From a virus, in IMG/VR virus record IMGVR_UViG_3300048919_000040, positions 1-39,882 of that record: a stretch of 39,882 nt of DNA. One strand, given 5' to 3'. Position 1 is the first letter of the stretch; each line of letters starts with the position of its first letter. The position numbers and the translations under genes were made by a program. The notes beneath the pieces are model-generated. The model saw only the letters and a program-made list of their open reading frames with translations, searched no databases and was not told where the DNA came from. Positions 6,906 through 16,414 of the stretch are shown here, piece by piece.

Positions 6906-8201
6906 TTAACTTACTACTTCTTTGTTGCTATTGTCATTTCTTTGCTCTAGCATTAATGTAGCGCTTCTATCGGTGTCGTCGATTTTTACTAAGACTTGGC
7001 CAGTCTTAACGTTAATCGCGCCGGTATTATCGCTAGCTACCACGGTTACCGTAGTTACACCGCCAGTAGTTGTGCCTTTAGTTGCAGTAAATCCACTACC
7101 TGCTGCGTTAATACTTACCGTTGCGGTAGGGTCTTTAGTGATAATAGTAAAGGTGTGCGTTTCGCCGTCCACGTCAAAAATTAGATTGTTTGGTACAATT
7201 CTTAAATCATCGTTACCGGCTGGCATTCTATCGGCTGTGATAGCGTCCGACATAATTACGCATTCGTCAGCGAAAGGAATAGCAAAACCTAGTCTTAATT
7301 TACCGCGAATAAATACTTTACTATCGTGTGGCGCCGGGAATTGCCCTAGTTCGATGTCTTCTAAGTCGCTCATAAGGTCGGTTAGCAAAAGCGCGTTAGT
7401 TCCAATCATTGCGATAATGGTATTATCAATGTTGGTATAGCTTGTGGATTTAACCGGCACTAATTCCACGCCTTCGTAAAATACTTTAGGGTTACGTTTG
7501 TCGCCGTCGTCCAGCGTAAAGCTAGGGTAAAGTACTTGGTTTGATGCTTTCGCCAGCGCTCTACGAAGTTTTCTACGCGTACCGTAAGATACGAACATAT
7601 ACGCAATGCCACTATCTTCCGCTTGTAATACCGCTTCGGGTAGCGCGTCGTAAACTTCTTCTACTAACTCTAGCACGTTATTAACGGTGATCGTTTGCCC
7701 TTGTAGTTGAATTGCGTCAGGTGAAGAAAGCAACGTTTTAACCATACCGTTAAAATCGTTAGGGTCTTTAGTTTCGTCGCCCCCAATAATCATTTGTTCT
7801 ATCTCGTTAGATAGCCCAATTGCGATCAGCCAAAGCGTAGCCGCTTCTAGTTCGTCCGGTAATTCGTCGTTCTTAGCGCCCGGGCTAAGCATATACGCCG
7901 TACGTTTGTTTTCCAATTCGTCAATACATTGTTCGGTATTGATCTTATAGGTTTTTACGCGCGCCTTTTGTTCGCTTAATTTAATAAGCTGGTTTGGCGT
8001 CCATGCGCAATCTTTACCGTCGGCCTGTAAGATTTTATTTTCTAAGTCTATTTGGCTTAAAAGTTCTTCGCCCTTAATATCGGTAAGTACGCGGATGTAA
8101 CCGCCTTGCACTAATCTACCGCCATAGATGGAACGCGTAAACCATTCCATATTTTCGTGCGGCGTGTAAGATAAGCCGCTTATGTTATATACATTTGCCA
8201 T
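6906..8201 (-). CDS. Major capsid protein (putative, HK97-fold type) with a C-terminal Ig-like domain
   Basis: 431 aa, directly downstream of the protease/scaffold gene and followed by a strong terminator. The last ~100 aa (LRIVPNNLIFDVDGETHTFTI...VTTVTVVASDN...) look like an Ig-like or Big-type domain. Confidence 0.65.
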   Translation of the reverse strand: MANVYNISGLSYTPHENMEWFTRSIYGGRLVQGGYIRVLTDIKGEELLSQIDLENKILQADGKDCAWTPNQLIKLSEQKARVKTYKINTEQCIDELENKRTAYMLSPGAKNDELPDELEAATLWLIAIGLSNEIEQMIIGGDETKDPNDFNGMVKTLLSSPDAIQLQGQTITVNNVLELVEEVYDALPEAVLQAEDSGIAYMFVSYGTRRKLRRALAKASNQVLYPSFTLDDGDKRNPKVFYEGVELVPVKSTSYTNIDNTIIAMIGTNALLLTDLMSDLEDIELGQFPAPHDSKVFIRGKLRLGFAIPFADECVIMSDAITADRMPAGNDDLRIVPNNLIFDVDGETHTFTIITKDPTATVSINAAGSGFTATKGTTTGGVTTVTVVASDNTGAINVKTGQVLVKIDDTDRSATLMLEQRNDNSNKEVVS

Positions 8202-8226
8202 TATATGAGTATTTATTTTTTAATGA

Positions 8227-8859
8227 TTATTCGCCTTTTTTACGTGCAAGTTTAGCCGCTAATACTTTGGCCACTCCACCGGTAAACGTTTCCGGTTTAT
8301 CCTGTGCGCCGGCTTCTACTTTAGCTTTAGCCGTTTTAGCGCTTGGCGTTTTCTTTAGTTTATCTATTTCGGCTTGAAGTTTCGCGATCTGCGCCGCGTT
8401 AGTTCCCTTTACTGGTGCCTTACCGGCCGCCTTTCCTAACTTGGCTAGGTACGCGTTACCCATCGCTTTAGCCGCTGCCAATGTAGCCGCGTCTACGGGC
8501 GGTGTTTCAGGGTCGGTAGCTTCGCCTTCTTCCTGTGTTACCACTAAGTTACCGCTATCGTCGATAACAATTACGTTCCCATCTGCTAGCGCATGATCGC
8601 CGGCCGGCGCTTGTTCGCCGTCAATGGTACAAAATCCGGTTTCATCTACCCAAATTTGCCCGCCGTCGGCTAAGTCGAAAATCATAACGGGTTCGCCGCT
8701 ATCCGTTTCGTCTTTTTTCGCTTCGTCTACGATGCCTTCGGCTGCTTCCGTGCTATCGCCTTCTAACATAACGGCCATACTACGAAGTAAAGCCGCCATA
8801 GGATTACCTTTTTTAGTAGCCGGATTAGCTGCGCCGGCTGGTTTTTTGTTTTTGTTCAT
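8227..8859 (-). CDS. Possible nested in-frame scaffold protein (internal start, 210 aa)
   Basis: The internal ATG at 8859 begins MNKNKK, mirroring the full-length start MNKNKL. It is preceded by a very AT-rich stretch (ttttaattttaataatatcaac). Confidence 0.3.
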   Translation of the reverse strand: MNKNKKPAGAANPATKKGNPMAALLRSMAVMLEGDSTEAAEGIVDEAKKDETDSGEPVMIFDLADGGQIWVDETGFCTIDGEQAPAGDHALADGNVIVIDDSGNLVVTQEEGEATDPETPPVDAATLAAAKAMGNAYLAKLGKAAGKAPVKGTNAAQIAKLQAEIDKLKKTPSAKTAKAKVEAGAQDKPETFTGGVAKVLAAKLARKKGE

Positions 8860-9396
8860 GTTGATATTATTAAAATTAAAATAACCTTCTAAAGAAAAGC
8901 CTTTAACGTTACCGCTTAATACTTCTTTTTTCCAATAATTCGCGTCAGCTACTTTGTAAGACGCCATTAACGTACCTTTAGGATATTCGCCCAAACCTAG
9001 CGCTACGGATTTGTCGCGCTTAGGGTCTTGCACTATCCACAATTCTATTAGGTAGTTTCCTTTTAACCCGGTTTCGTGCTGGTGTGTAGTGTTGTTAAGC
9101 GCTACGCCGGTCTTCATCATTTTTTGCGCGATTTGTTCAATATCTTGCGCGCTAAACTTAATGTAATATTCTCCGCGTGTAACATCGTTACGGTATATTA
9201 ATTGATCGGGAATTAAAACCGCGCCCGTAAGTATTTGCTTTGATCTGTTAAGATTTAACTTTACTTCGGTAGCCTTTTTTAATGCCAAAAAATTAGATTC
9301 GTTGGCGGGATAATCTACAAACGATATGGCGAAAATTCCCGTATCGTCTGTTAAACTTACTTTAGCCTGATAAATTGGCAATTTGTTTTTATTCAT
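8227..9396 (-). CDS. Prohead protease (XkdF-like) fused to an acidic/Ala-Lys-rich scaffold-like C-terminal half
   Basis: The first ~175 aa (LTGAVLIPDQ...YYIKFSAQDIEQIAQKMM...THQHE...LIELWIVQ...KGFSLEGY) follow the XkdF/Peptidase_S78_2 pattern. The C-terminal half is acidic then AK-rich and helical, as scaffolds are. It lies upstream of the capsid gene. Confidence 0.65.
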   Translation of the reverse strand: MNKNKLPIYQAKVSLTDDTGIFAISFVDYPANESNFLALKKATEVKLNLNRSKQILTGAVLIPDQLIYRNDVTRGEYYIKFSAQDIEQIAQKMMKTGVALNNTTHQHETGLKGNYLIELWIVQDPKRDKSVALGLGEYPKGTLMASYKVADANYWKKEVLSGNVKGFSLEGYFNFNNINMNKNKKPAGAANPATKKGNPMAALLRSMAVMLEGDSTEAAEGIVDEAKKDETDSGEPVMIFDLADGGQIWVDETGFCTIDGEQAPAGDHALADGNVIVIDDSGNLVVTQEEGEATDPETPPVDAATLAAAKAMGNAYLAKLGKAAGKAPVKGTNAAQIAKLQAEIDKLKKTPSAKTAKAKVEAGAQDKPETFTGGVAKVLAAKLARKKGE

Positions 9397-9637
9397 AAGA
9401 TAAAGATAAATTATATTGCGGGCGTCTGTAACTAAAACTAAATTTTTCTATAAATACGTAATTACCTGTATAAATAGGTAAAATAGGTATTTAATATTAC
9501 TTTTACATATTACTTAGTATTTTAGTTATTTAGTTACAAAGTGGTAAAAAATAGCCTATTCTATGAGGTTTGGCGCGTGTAACCAAATGCGCAACTAAAA
9601 CCACTTTGTAACTAAATTTTGGTTACGTGTAACTAAA
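9397..9637. promoter_or_regulatory. AT-rich intergenic region A with a TTT(G/A)GTTAC iteron array
   Basis: Motif copies at 9428, 9529, 9579, 9608, 9618 and 9629, in both orientations, plus a degenerate copy at 9591. There is a 14-bp inverted repeat at 9531-9544 / 9601-9614. A 41-nt block at 9499-9539 is 35/41 identical to 32114-32154. Confidence 0.6.
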
Positions 9638-12600
9638 AACCGGCTAAGTCTTTTACGGTGGTTACATCGTTGGTTACATTCTGTATGTCTACTACTGATA
9701 CGACCGGGTTAAAATTAATATCGTTAATCGCATCTACTACGGCCGCGTTGCCGCTACTTGTAACATCTGACGCAACGGCCGGCACATCGCCAAACCCCAT
9801 ACCTATATTAACTAGATCGGCCAAGCTTACGGCATCCGGTGAAGAATTAATAAACTCTACTAGTGCTTTGTTAGCTGCATAACTCTTATCGTTTACCATA
9901 AATTCACCGCCTTGCGCTTCGTACTGTGGTTTGCCGTCAATCATAATATTAACGCCGCCGTTTGCGTGTGAAGGGCCATTAATAGGGCCACCTTTCGCAA
10001 GCTTAGATAATTGGCGCGACATAATAGCAACTTGCGCCCCGCCGGCAATACCAACGATAGCGGCCATAATTAAGTTAAGCGGCCACGCTAAGGATAACAT
10101 TTGCGTAACACCTTGCGCGGTGTTAGCGATACCCATAGCTATTTTACCTATTAACTCGTTTTTCTTCATTTGCTTTTCTTTCTTCGCTACTTCCGCTTCT
10201 AGCTTTTCCTTTTCCCGTTGTAAACGTAATTCTTCGCGGGCCGCTTCGTCTCTAAGGTGCATAGCATCCTGTAACTGATTACGTAAGGCGTCCGCCGTAG
10301 CGCCCGTAGCGTTTTGTACTTTTTCTTCTATCGTCTTTACGTCTTCCGCGTACTTTTCGCGCTTTTCTTTAGCTTCGTCGTAGTGTTCATTAGTTTGCTC
10401 TAATTGATCGTTTAACGCGTCTAAACTGGCTTGTATACCCATGTTTAACGTATCTACTACGGACTGTACCGCTTGCGCCCCTAGGTCTGCATATTCGGCG
10501 ATCTTAGCAAACATATCGCGGTAGTATTCTGCGGTAGTACGGGTACTATCCTTTGTGTTTTGTTTTTGCGTTTTCTGCGATTCCCGTATACGTTGGTTTA
10601 TGTCATCTATGGCGACGGCAAATTTTTGTACTTCTTCTTTGTATTCTGCGCTTCCCGCTTTCATACCGTTAAGCGTTTCGGCGTGCGCTATTGCTAAGTT
10701 GGTTTTATATTCTTCCAGCTTGGCAATGTACGTATCTAACGCAGTATTAACGGCCGCCAAGTTTTCACGGGTTTTAACCGGGTCTATGACGCCTTTAAAT
10801 ACGCCTTCTTCGTTACGCTTAACTACTTCGCCTATCCTGTTTTGTATCGCCTTTAATGTGCTATCAGCTTGCGCAAGTTCCAAGGCGGCACGTTTATTTA
10901 ACCCTTCGGCTATTAGTGCGTTCATATCCTTTTCCCTTTGAGCGTCATAGTTTAATACCATAGCGTTAAGGTCACGGCGTTGCTGCTCTGTTAAATTCTT
11001 TTCGGTTCTAAGTCGCTTACGTACGTCGTCTATTTGGCGATCATATAAATAATCTATCTCTTTAATACGGCGGTCTGTGGTTCCCTGTATCAATGCCGTT
11101 TCCTGATCTTCTCGTAGTCGCTGCGTCTCTAGGCTTTTCGCTGCTATTTCTTCATCTAGCTTGCCTAGTTCTATTGCCATTACTTTACCTAAGCTAACTA
11201 TTTGCGCGTTAATTGCGCTTCTAGCCGCAGTAGTTAATTTTTCTTCGGTTTTTAATCTGATCTTTAAATCCTGCTGCTGGCGCTCGTATTCTACTTTTAT
11301 CATACGTCTTTGAGCGTCCAGCGTTTCACCCATCATTTTTAAACGTAAATCTTCGGCGGCCCTTTGCGCTTCTAGCTCTAACGCGGCACGCTCTTGCGCA
11401 TTTTTACGCGCTTCGTCTGCTTTTCTCTTGGCTTCTTCTTTGGCTTTCTTCGCGTCTTCGGCTGCTTTTTCTGCGGCTTCTTTATCTTCTTTTGCGCGGA
11501 TGGCTGCGGTAATTGCGGGTTCTGCTAGTAAATCCGCTTGCTCATTTTTAAGACGTATGCCTATTTCTACTTTTTTGTTGAGATTATCGACGTTCTTTTG
11601 CACAATATCCAAAGCTTCTTTAACGTCTACCTTTTCCGCTTTTCCGTTCAAATCTATATCTAATTCTATACTGCTATCGCCGCGGGCTTCCGCTAGCTTT
11701 AAGTCGCGTATCATGTTCAAATATATTTCCAGCTTCTTACGGTTTTCTTCTAAGGATTCTATTTCTTGGTGATATACCCCCAATAGACGCGCATTTTGCA
11801 AAAGTTTTTCCTTATATATCGCATCTTCTAACCGGCGCGTTTCCTTTATGTTTTCTTCATTTACGGCCGATAATTTTAGTTGACGTTCTAAAATCTTTAC
11901 CCTGTTATCTGCTACGGTTTTTAGGCGGCTTTCTTCCTGTTCTAAATACTCTAACCAAATAGCTTGCTCTTCATTCAGTTTTTTCTGATCTTCGGCCGCT
12001 GATTCGGTAGACCCGGAAAAGGCTATTAAAGCCCCGATAACTGCCACCAAAGCCAAAGCTAGTAATACGTACGGGTTAGCCGCCGCAACTAGGTTAAATA
12101 TTCGTTGCGCCACGGTAGCCGCTATCGTACTCTTAGTAGATAGGTTGGTAGCAATGGTACGGGCCGATTCCTGTATAGTTTGCGTTTTAGTTACCGCGCT
12201 ATTCAAAATTTTAGCTATACTATTTTCACCGGTGGCCGCGCTATTCAAAGATTGTGCCACGGTTACGATGGCGATAATCTTAGCTAATTCTTTTTGCGCG
12301 TCTTCGGTAGCACCCGATATTTGGCCAAAAATCCCCATCATTGCGTTATTCCCGGCAAAAGCTGACGAAAGGCCGTTAACCTGACTACCTACATCGCCTA
12401 GCCCTTTGTCTAGCTTTTCTAAGCCGCCTAACGCTTTTTCGTAGTTACCTACACTATCTCGGAAATCGCCGGTAGATTCTTTTAGCGCTTTATATTCTGC
12501 GTCTAGTGCCTGTATCTTCGTAAGCATTTGACCGCCTATATCTATGTTTTCGCGTTCGGCTTCGCTAAGGTCGTAATACTCATTACGTAAATTAGTAAGC

Positions 12601-13013
12601 TGCATACCCATTGCGTTAATACTGCCTTCCGCTAGTTCGTTTAATTGTATTTCGCGGGTAATTTCGCGGGTACGTTCGCGCAAAGCTTGGGTAGCTTCTA
12701 TCTGCGCACGATTGGCAGCGCTATCCGCTTGGGCTAATCTCTTTTGAGTTTCGGCCAATCGCTTTGCTGCTTTTTCTTCGTCGGTTAACGCTTTAGTATT
12801 TTGGCGGGAAGTGTTGGAAGTACCACCGCCACGGCCACTGCTTCCGCCCCCGGCTTCACTAGCGCCACCCCCGGAAGACGTACCGCCAGCGGGTGCCGTA
12901 GCCGTCTTGCCAGCTTGTGCGTCTAGTGCCTTTAAAGCCGCTTCTAGCTTAGTTACGTTCTTTAGCGAAACGTCTAAGCCGTTAATTTTAATAGTATATT
13001 CTTTCTTATTCAT
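9633..13013 (-). CDS. Tape-measure-like protein (alternatively an internal virion/ejection protein)
   Basis: 1126 aa. It has a Gly/Ser-rich N-terminus, two hydrophobic segments (VLLALALVAVIGALIAF; LIMAAIVGIAGGAQVAIM) and very long E/K/R/A/L coiled-coil regions. Confidence 0.55.
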   Translation of the reverse strand: MNKKEYTIKINGLDVSLKNVTKLEAALKALDAQAGKTATAPAGGTSSGGGASEAGGGSSGRGGGTSNTSRQNTKALTDEEKAAKRLAETQKRLAQADSAANRAQIEATQALRERTREITREIQLNELAEGSINAMGMQLTNLRNEYYDLSEAERENIDIGGQMLTKIQALDAEYKALKESTGDFRDSVGNYEKALGGLEKLDKGLGDVGSQVNGLSSAFAGNNAMMGIFGQISGATEDAQKELAKIIAIVTVAQSLNSAATGENSIAKILNSAVTKTQTIQESARTIATNLSTKSTIAATVAQRIFNLVAAANPYVLLALALVAVIGALIAFSGSTESAAEDQKKLNEEQAIWLEYLEQEESRLKTVADNRVKILERQLKLSAVNEENIKETRRLEDAIYKEKLLQNARLLGVYHQEIESLEENRKKLEIYLNMIRDLKLAEARGDSSIELDIDLNGKAEKVDVKEALDIVQKNVDNLNKKVEIGIRLKNEQADLLAEPAITAAIRAKEDKEAAEKAAEDAKKAKEEAKRKADEARKNAQERAALELEAQRAAEDLRLKMMGETLDAQRRMIKVEYERQQQDLKIRLKTEEKLTTAARSAINAQIVSLGKVMAIELGKLDEEIAAKSLETQRLREDQETALIQGTTDRRIKEIDYLYDRQIDDVRKRLRTEKNLTEQQRRDLNAMVLNYDAQREKDMNALIAEGLNKRAALELAQADSTLKAIQNRIGEVVKRNEEGVFKGVIDPVKTRENLAAVNTALDTYIAKLEEYKTNLAIAHAETLNGMKAGSAEYKEEVQKFAVAIDDINQRIRESQKTQKQNTKDSTRTTAEYYRDMFAKIAEYADLGAQAVQSVVDTLNMGIQASLDALNDQLEQTNEHYDEAKEKREKYAEDVKTIEEKVQNATGATADALRNQLQDAMHLRDEAAREELRLQREKEKLEAEVAKKEKQMKKNELIGKIAMGIANTAQGVTQMLSLAWPLNLIMAAIVGIAGGAQVAIMSRQLSKLAKGGPINGPSHANGGVNIMIDGKPQYEAQGGEFMVNDKSYAANKALVEFINSSPDAVSLADLVNIGMGFGDVPAVASDVTSSGNAAVVDAINDINFNPVVSVVDIQNVTNDVTTVKDLAGF

Positions 13014-16000
13014 ATCTTGCGGATTAGTTTTAGTTTACTTTTGTTTTTATTCTGCGGGTCGTAGCCCTCAATTTCTGCGGCGTAATATAGATCGTTATTA
13101 AATTTAACCATATATGACCCGTCTAGGTTGCTATATTGGTACGGCGTTAAATAGGCTTCTACTTCGGTATAGTGTGATTCGCTGCCAATTCCCAATAGCG
13201 TAAAATAGTTAGATAGTATACTATTCGGTTTGTTTTTGTAGTCTAATATGCTTTGGCCCTTGGTATTACTTACTTTGGCCATACTTAGCGATTTGTCACC
13301 CATTTTAAAAGTGCCGGGCAAAATCCCGTCCATATACCAAAAACGCGTAGGCAGATCGTTAAAACGCTTTAACATCGCTTCACTGTACGCGGTTGCTGAC
13401 GTCCAAACATCGTGCTTACTTATTACCGGAATTTGAAGGGCGATATTTCCGCCGGTCTGTACCTTGGTAATATTTTTAAACCAATTATAAGAAAATGAAC
13501 TCTTTTGTTCTACTACGTTATCTTCAATCGACCCGGTATTAAATTCGCCGCCACCGTCGTCGCCCGTCATAAAATAACCTTCTTCTTCGGTATTGATCGT
13601 AAAGCCGATTTTATATTTTGACGGAAGACCCAGCGGCGTATTAGTTCGCGACGCGATAGACGCGATACCGTCTAAGTCTACCGTTAAAGTGGTTACCGCC
13701 GCTTTGCTTTGCTTTACGTCTAAGCTAAACGCGCTTGTGCCTATTTGCGTCAGTTTAAGATTATACGCTTTTACAAAGTTGTCTATAAAATCGTTGGTCT
13801 TAATGTCTGCGGGCAAAAATCCCACTAGATTAATACTATCCACATCAAAATTTACGGGGTCATCCCAATTCATTACGGCGGTGCCGTGACCCTGATAGTC
13901 CACTTTTAGCCATTGGTCATCTATTCGGAACGGCTCAATATCCAAAGTAAATGCACATTCGTGATTAGTCCAGCCGCTAGTAGTGTGCATACCATCGCGA
14001 CGGTATAGACCTTCTTCGCTGCAATCCACAACGGTAAGAAGTTCGCCAGCATCTAGCCACACCACCGCGTTAAGTTGCCCGGTACCATTCCAATTACCTA
14101 CGCGCCCTACATAGTTATCGGGTGAATTGATAAAATCAATCTTATATTTATCTGTAATTTCCCAGCCTACTACGTTACTACTATTATCGTCTATGGTTCG
14201 ATCTATCACTAGCGTACCGTCTACGTCGAAAATGGCAGTCTTTAGGTAGATAGTTAGCAGCGGATTACCTACAAACGTCGAGCCTAGCGTATCGAATTGC
14301 GCTACGCCGTTAATAAATTGCACTTCCATACGCGGCGCATTTTCGCCGGCTTCGTGCAGATACGCCCAACCGGTATACCCCGTACCGCCATCTAGTCGAT
14401 ACGTGTAAAATTTTTGTAGCGGGAAACGATGAAGTATTACGTTTTGCGCGGTTACATCCGTGCCGGTAATACCTAACGTAGTTTGTTTTGCGCAAAGTCT
14501 TACATATACCGTACCCGGTGGGTATGTTATTGGTGAATTAGTATACATTACCGGCGGCCCTGACGTCGGGGCGTCGATACCTACACCAATATAAAATTTA
14601 TTTTCATCGTAGAAAACCAATACGGCGGCGTCGTCTTTTACGTCCACTATGGCGCTAAACTTTAAATTTGTAAAATTTCGCACGTCAATAAATTCGGATA
14701 TTTCCCAACCCGTCGCAAAATTTTGAAAGCCCGTAGTATTGCTAAGGTATACGCCCGTAGTTCGCAAATTAAGGTTATCCGGGTCGGGGTCTACCGGGTT
14801 ACCCTGAATATCCAATATCTTACCGCTTACGCGAGTACCGCCCGAATAGTCTATATTTAGGTCGGGGTTATCACCCTCATTGTCAAAAGTGCCAATGCGG
14901 CCATATTTCCAATAGCCCGGGCTTTCTACTCCTACTCTATTGGCTTCGCTTTCAGACGACGACCAACTAAGCCCGGGCTTTCCTACTTGCATTTGGCAAA
15001 TTTTAAATGCGGTATCGCGCGGATTATAAAACATATTATCTATCGGCGGTCTAAATTGCGGCGGTATTAAATTATTAACAACGTCGCGACCACCAAAACC
15101 AAAGCCTAATAAATGCTTTCTATTTTGTATCTGATCTATAAAATTAATTTGCCCGTTGCTAGGAATTTGAGGAAAATATTTTGGTATATTATTTTCGTCG
15201 AATGTCATATTTTGCGGTTGGTTGGTTTCATAAAATCCGCCATCTAGTTTAGCGCCTGATATTCCAAAGTCGCCGCTTTTTCGGTCACGAAGTAGTTTTA
15301 TTTCGTACACTCTGTACCCCATATGGTTTAAATGCTTATCGCCGTCGCCGCTTACGTGCTGTACGCCGGTTCGTGGGTCGGTATCTCGCCAGTTAGCATT
15401 TTGACCTATTGCTAATGTGGCTTCAAATTTAATTTTATAATATCCACTTGCTGGTATTCTTATTTGTGTTTGTGCCCAAGTTGTGCCGCTGGTATCGTTA
15501 ACTTCTTTATATAGCACATTGCCGCCCGGGTCATTGAAAACGGTTATTTGCGCATTGGTACAGTCGAATAGATTAGCGCTGTATATGTTATAGCCCCTAT
15601 CGCTGGTTTGGAATACGCCCGTCTCGAAATGATCGCCACCGCCGCGCTTATTGACACGGCTACCCCAAGACCCCAATACCATAATTTTAGCGTGATACCC
15701 ATAATTCCACGGTTGTATATAGTCTACCGAATTACGGTAACTCATATATAATTCAGTAAGTCGAGGGTCATTAAATGCCGTACCACCTAATTCATACCCT
15801 TGGCTATTGAAAATATGTTTTAACATCAATAGTGGATTAATAGACGGCGGTACGTCTTGCATATTTATACGCACGCTATTATCCCAAACATCGCGACCCG
15901 AATAATTATTATCGTTTTTATCTAGTGGAACCTTTGGCAATAGTCCGTATAGAACATACGGAAATATGGCCATTTGTGGCGCCGCTAATGCTGCGTTATT

Positions 16001-16414
16001 TATTGCAGTTATTGAACTAGCAAAGTCACTAAATGGTATTCTATACTCAGGCAATTGATTTAGCATTATGTCGCCAAAAATATCTTTTATTGATTTTACT
16101 ACCGGTATATATAAATTTCCTTTATATTCGTCGCCAATTTCGGAAAGTCTAAAATAGCCTACGAATATACGCACGGAATTTATTACAAGCTGCGCGCGAT
16201 AAATCTTATTAAACTTACCTTTTATTTCTTCCACATTGGCAAAACCAAAAGCGATATTATTGCGGCGCGTAAGTGGTATCGAAATGCTAAACGAATATTG
16301 CGCGTCTTTTGTATTTAGTTCCGCCGGGTTAATTAATTGCCGATTTAACCGGACGTTAAAATTATCGCCCGTATCGGTAATAGTTTCGTTTATAAATAGC
16401 TCTATGTTAATCAT
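13010..16414 (-). CDS. Large tail/baseplate or receptor-binding structural protein
   Basis: 1134-aa ORF with an ATGA overlap onto the downstream gene. It is beta-rich and Asn/Gly/Tyr/Trp-rich, typical of tail-tip proteins. No catalytic motif recognised. Confidence 0.5.
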   Translation of the reverse strand: MINIELFINETITDTGDNFNVRLNRQLINPAELNTKDAQYSFSISIPLTRRNNIAFGFANVEEIKGKFNKIYRAQLVINSVRIFVGYFRLSEIGDEYKGNLYIPVVKSIKDIFGDIMLNQLPEYRIPFSDFASSITAINNAALAAPQMAIFPYVLYGLLPKVPLDKNDNNYSGRDVWDNSVRINMQDVPPSINPLLMLKHIFNSQGYELGGTAFNDPRLTELYMSYRNSVDYIQPWNYGYHAKIMVLGSWGSRVNKRGGGDHFETGVFQTSDRGYNIYSANLFDCTNAQITVFNDPGGNVLYKEVNDTSGTTWAQTQIRIPASGYYKIKFEATLAIGQNANWRDTDPRTGVQHVSGDGDKHLNHMGYRVYEIKLLRDRKSGDFGISGAKLDGGFYETNQPQNMTFDENNIPKYFPQIPSNGQINFIDQIQNRKHLLGFGFGGRDVVNNLIPPQFRPPIDNMFYNPRDTAFKICQMQVGKPGLSWSSSESEANRVGVESPGYWKYGRIGTFDNEGDNPDLNIDYSGGTRVSGKILDIQGNPVDPDPDNLNLRTTGVYLSNTTGFQNFATGWEISEFIDVRNFTNLKFSAIVDVKDDAAVLVFYDENKFYIGVGIDAPTSGPPVMYTNSPITYPPGTVYVRLCAKQTTLGITGTDVTAQNVILHRFPLQKFYTYRLDGGTGYTGWAYLHEAGENAPRMEVQFINGVAQFDTLGSTFVGNPLLTIYLKTAIFDVDGTLVIDRTIDDNSSNVVGWEITDKYKIDFINSPDNYVGRVGNWNGTGQLNAVVWLDAGELLTVVDCSEEGLYRRDGMHTTSGWTNHECAFTLDIEPFRIDDQWLKVDYQGHGTAVMNWDDPVNFDVDSINLVGFLPADIKTNDFIDNFVKAYNLKLTQIGTSAFSLDVKQSKAAVTTLTVDLDGIASIASRTNTPLGLPSKYKIGFTINTEEEGYFMTGDDGGGEFNTGSIEDNVVEQKSSFSYNWFKNITKVQTGGNIALQIPVISKHDVWTSATAYSEAMLKRFNDLPTRFWYMDGILPGTFKMGDKSLSMAKVSNTKGQSILDYKNKPNSILSNYFTLLGIGSESHYTEVEAYLTPYQYSNLDGSYMVKFNNDLYYAAEIEGYDPQNKNKSKLKLIRKI

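Noticed and set aside
6922-7440. Long antisense ORFs. Examples: 6922..7440 (+) opposite the capsid gene, 1455..1778 (+) opposite the AKP-rich gene, 9931..12384 (+) fragments opposite the tape-measure-like gene, and 39034..39829 (+) opposite the small replication genes.
   Set aside because: All lie fully inside longer opposite-strand ORFs that have recognisable motifs or operon tiling. Their translations are low-complexity (Ser/Ala/Leu/Cys-rich), as expected of shadow frames.
12244-12259. Partial sigma-54 match TGGCACAATCTTTGAA on the minus strand inside the tape-measure-like gene
   Set aside because: The critical -12 GC is replaced by GA, the site is deep in coding sequence, and there is no downstream gene start or flank conservation.
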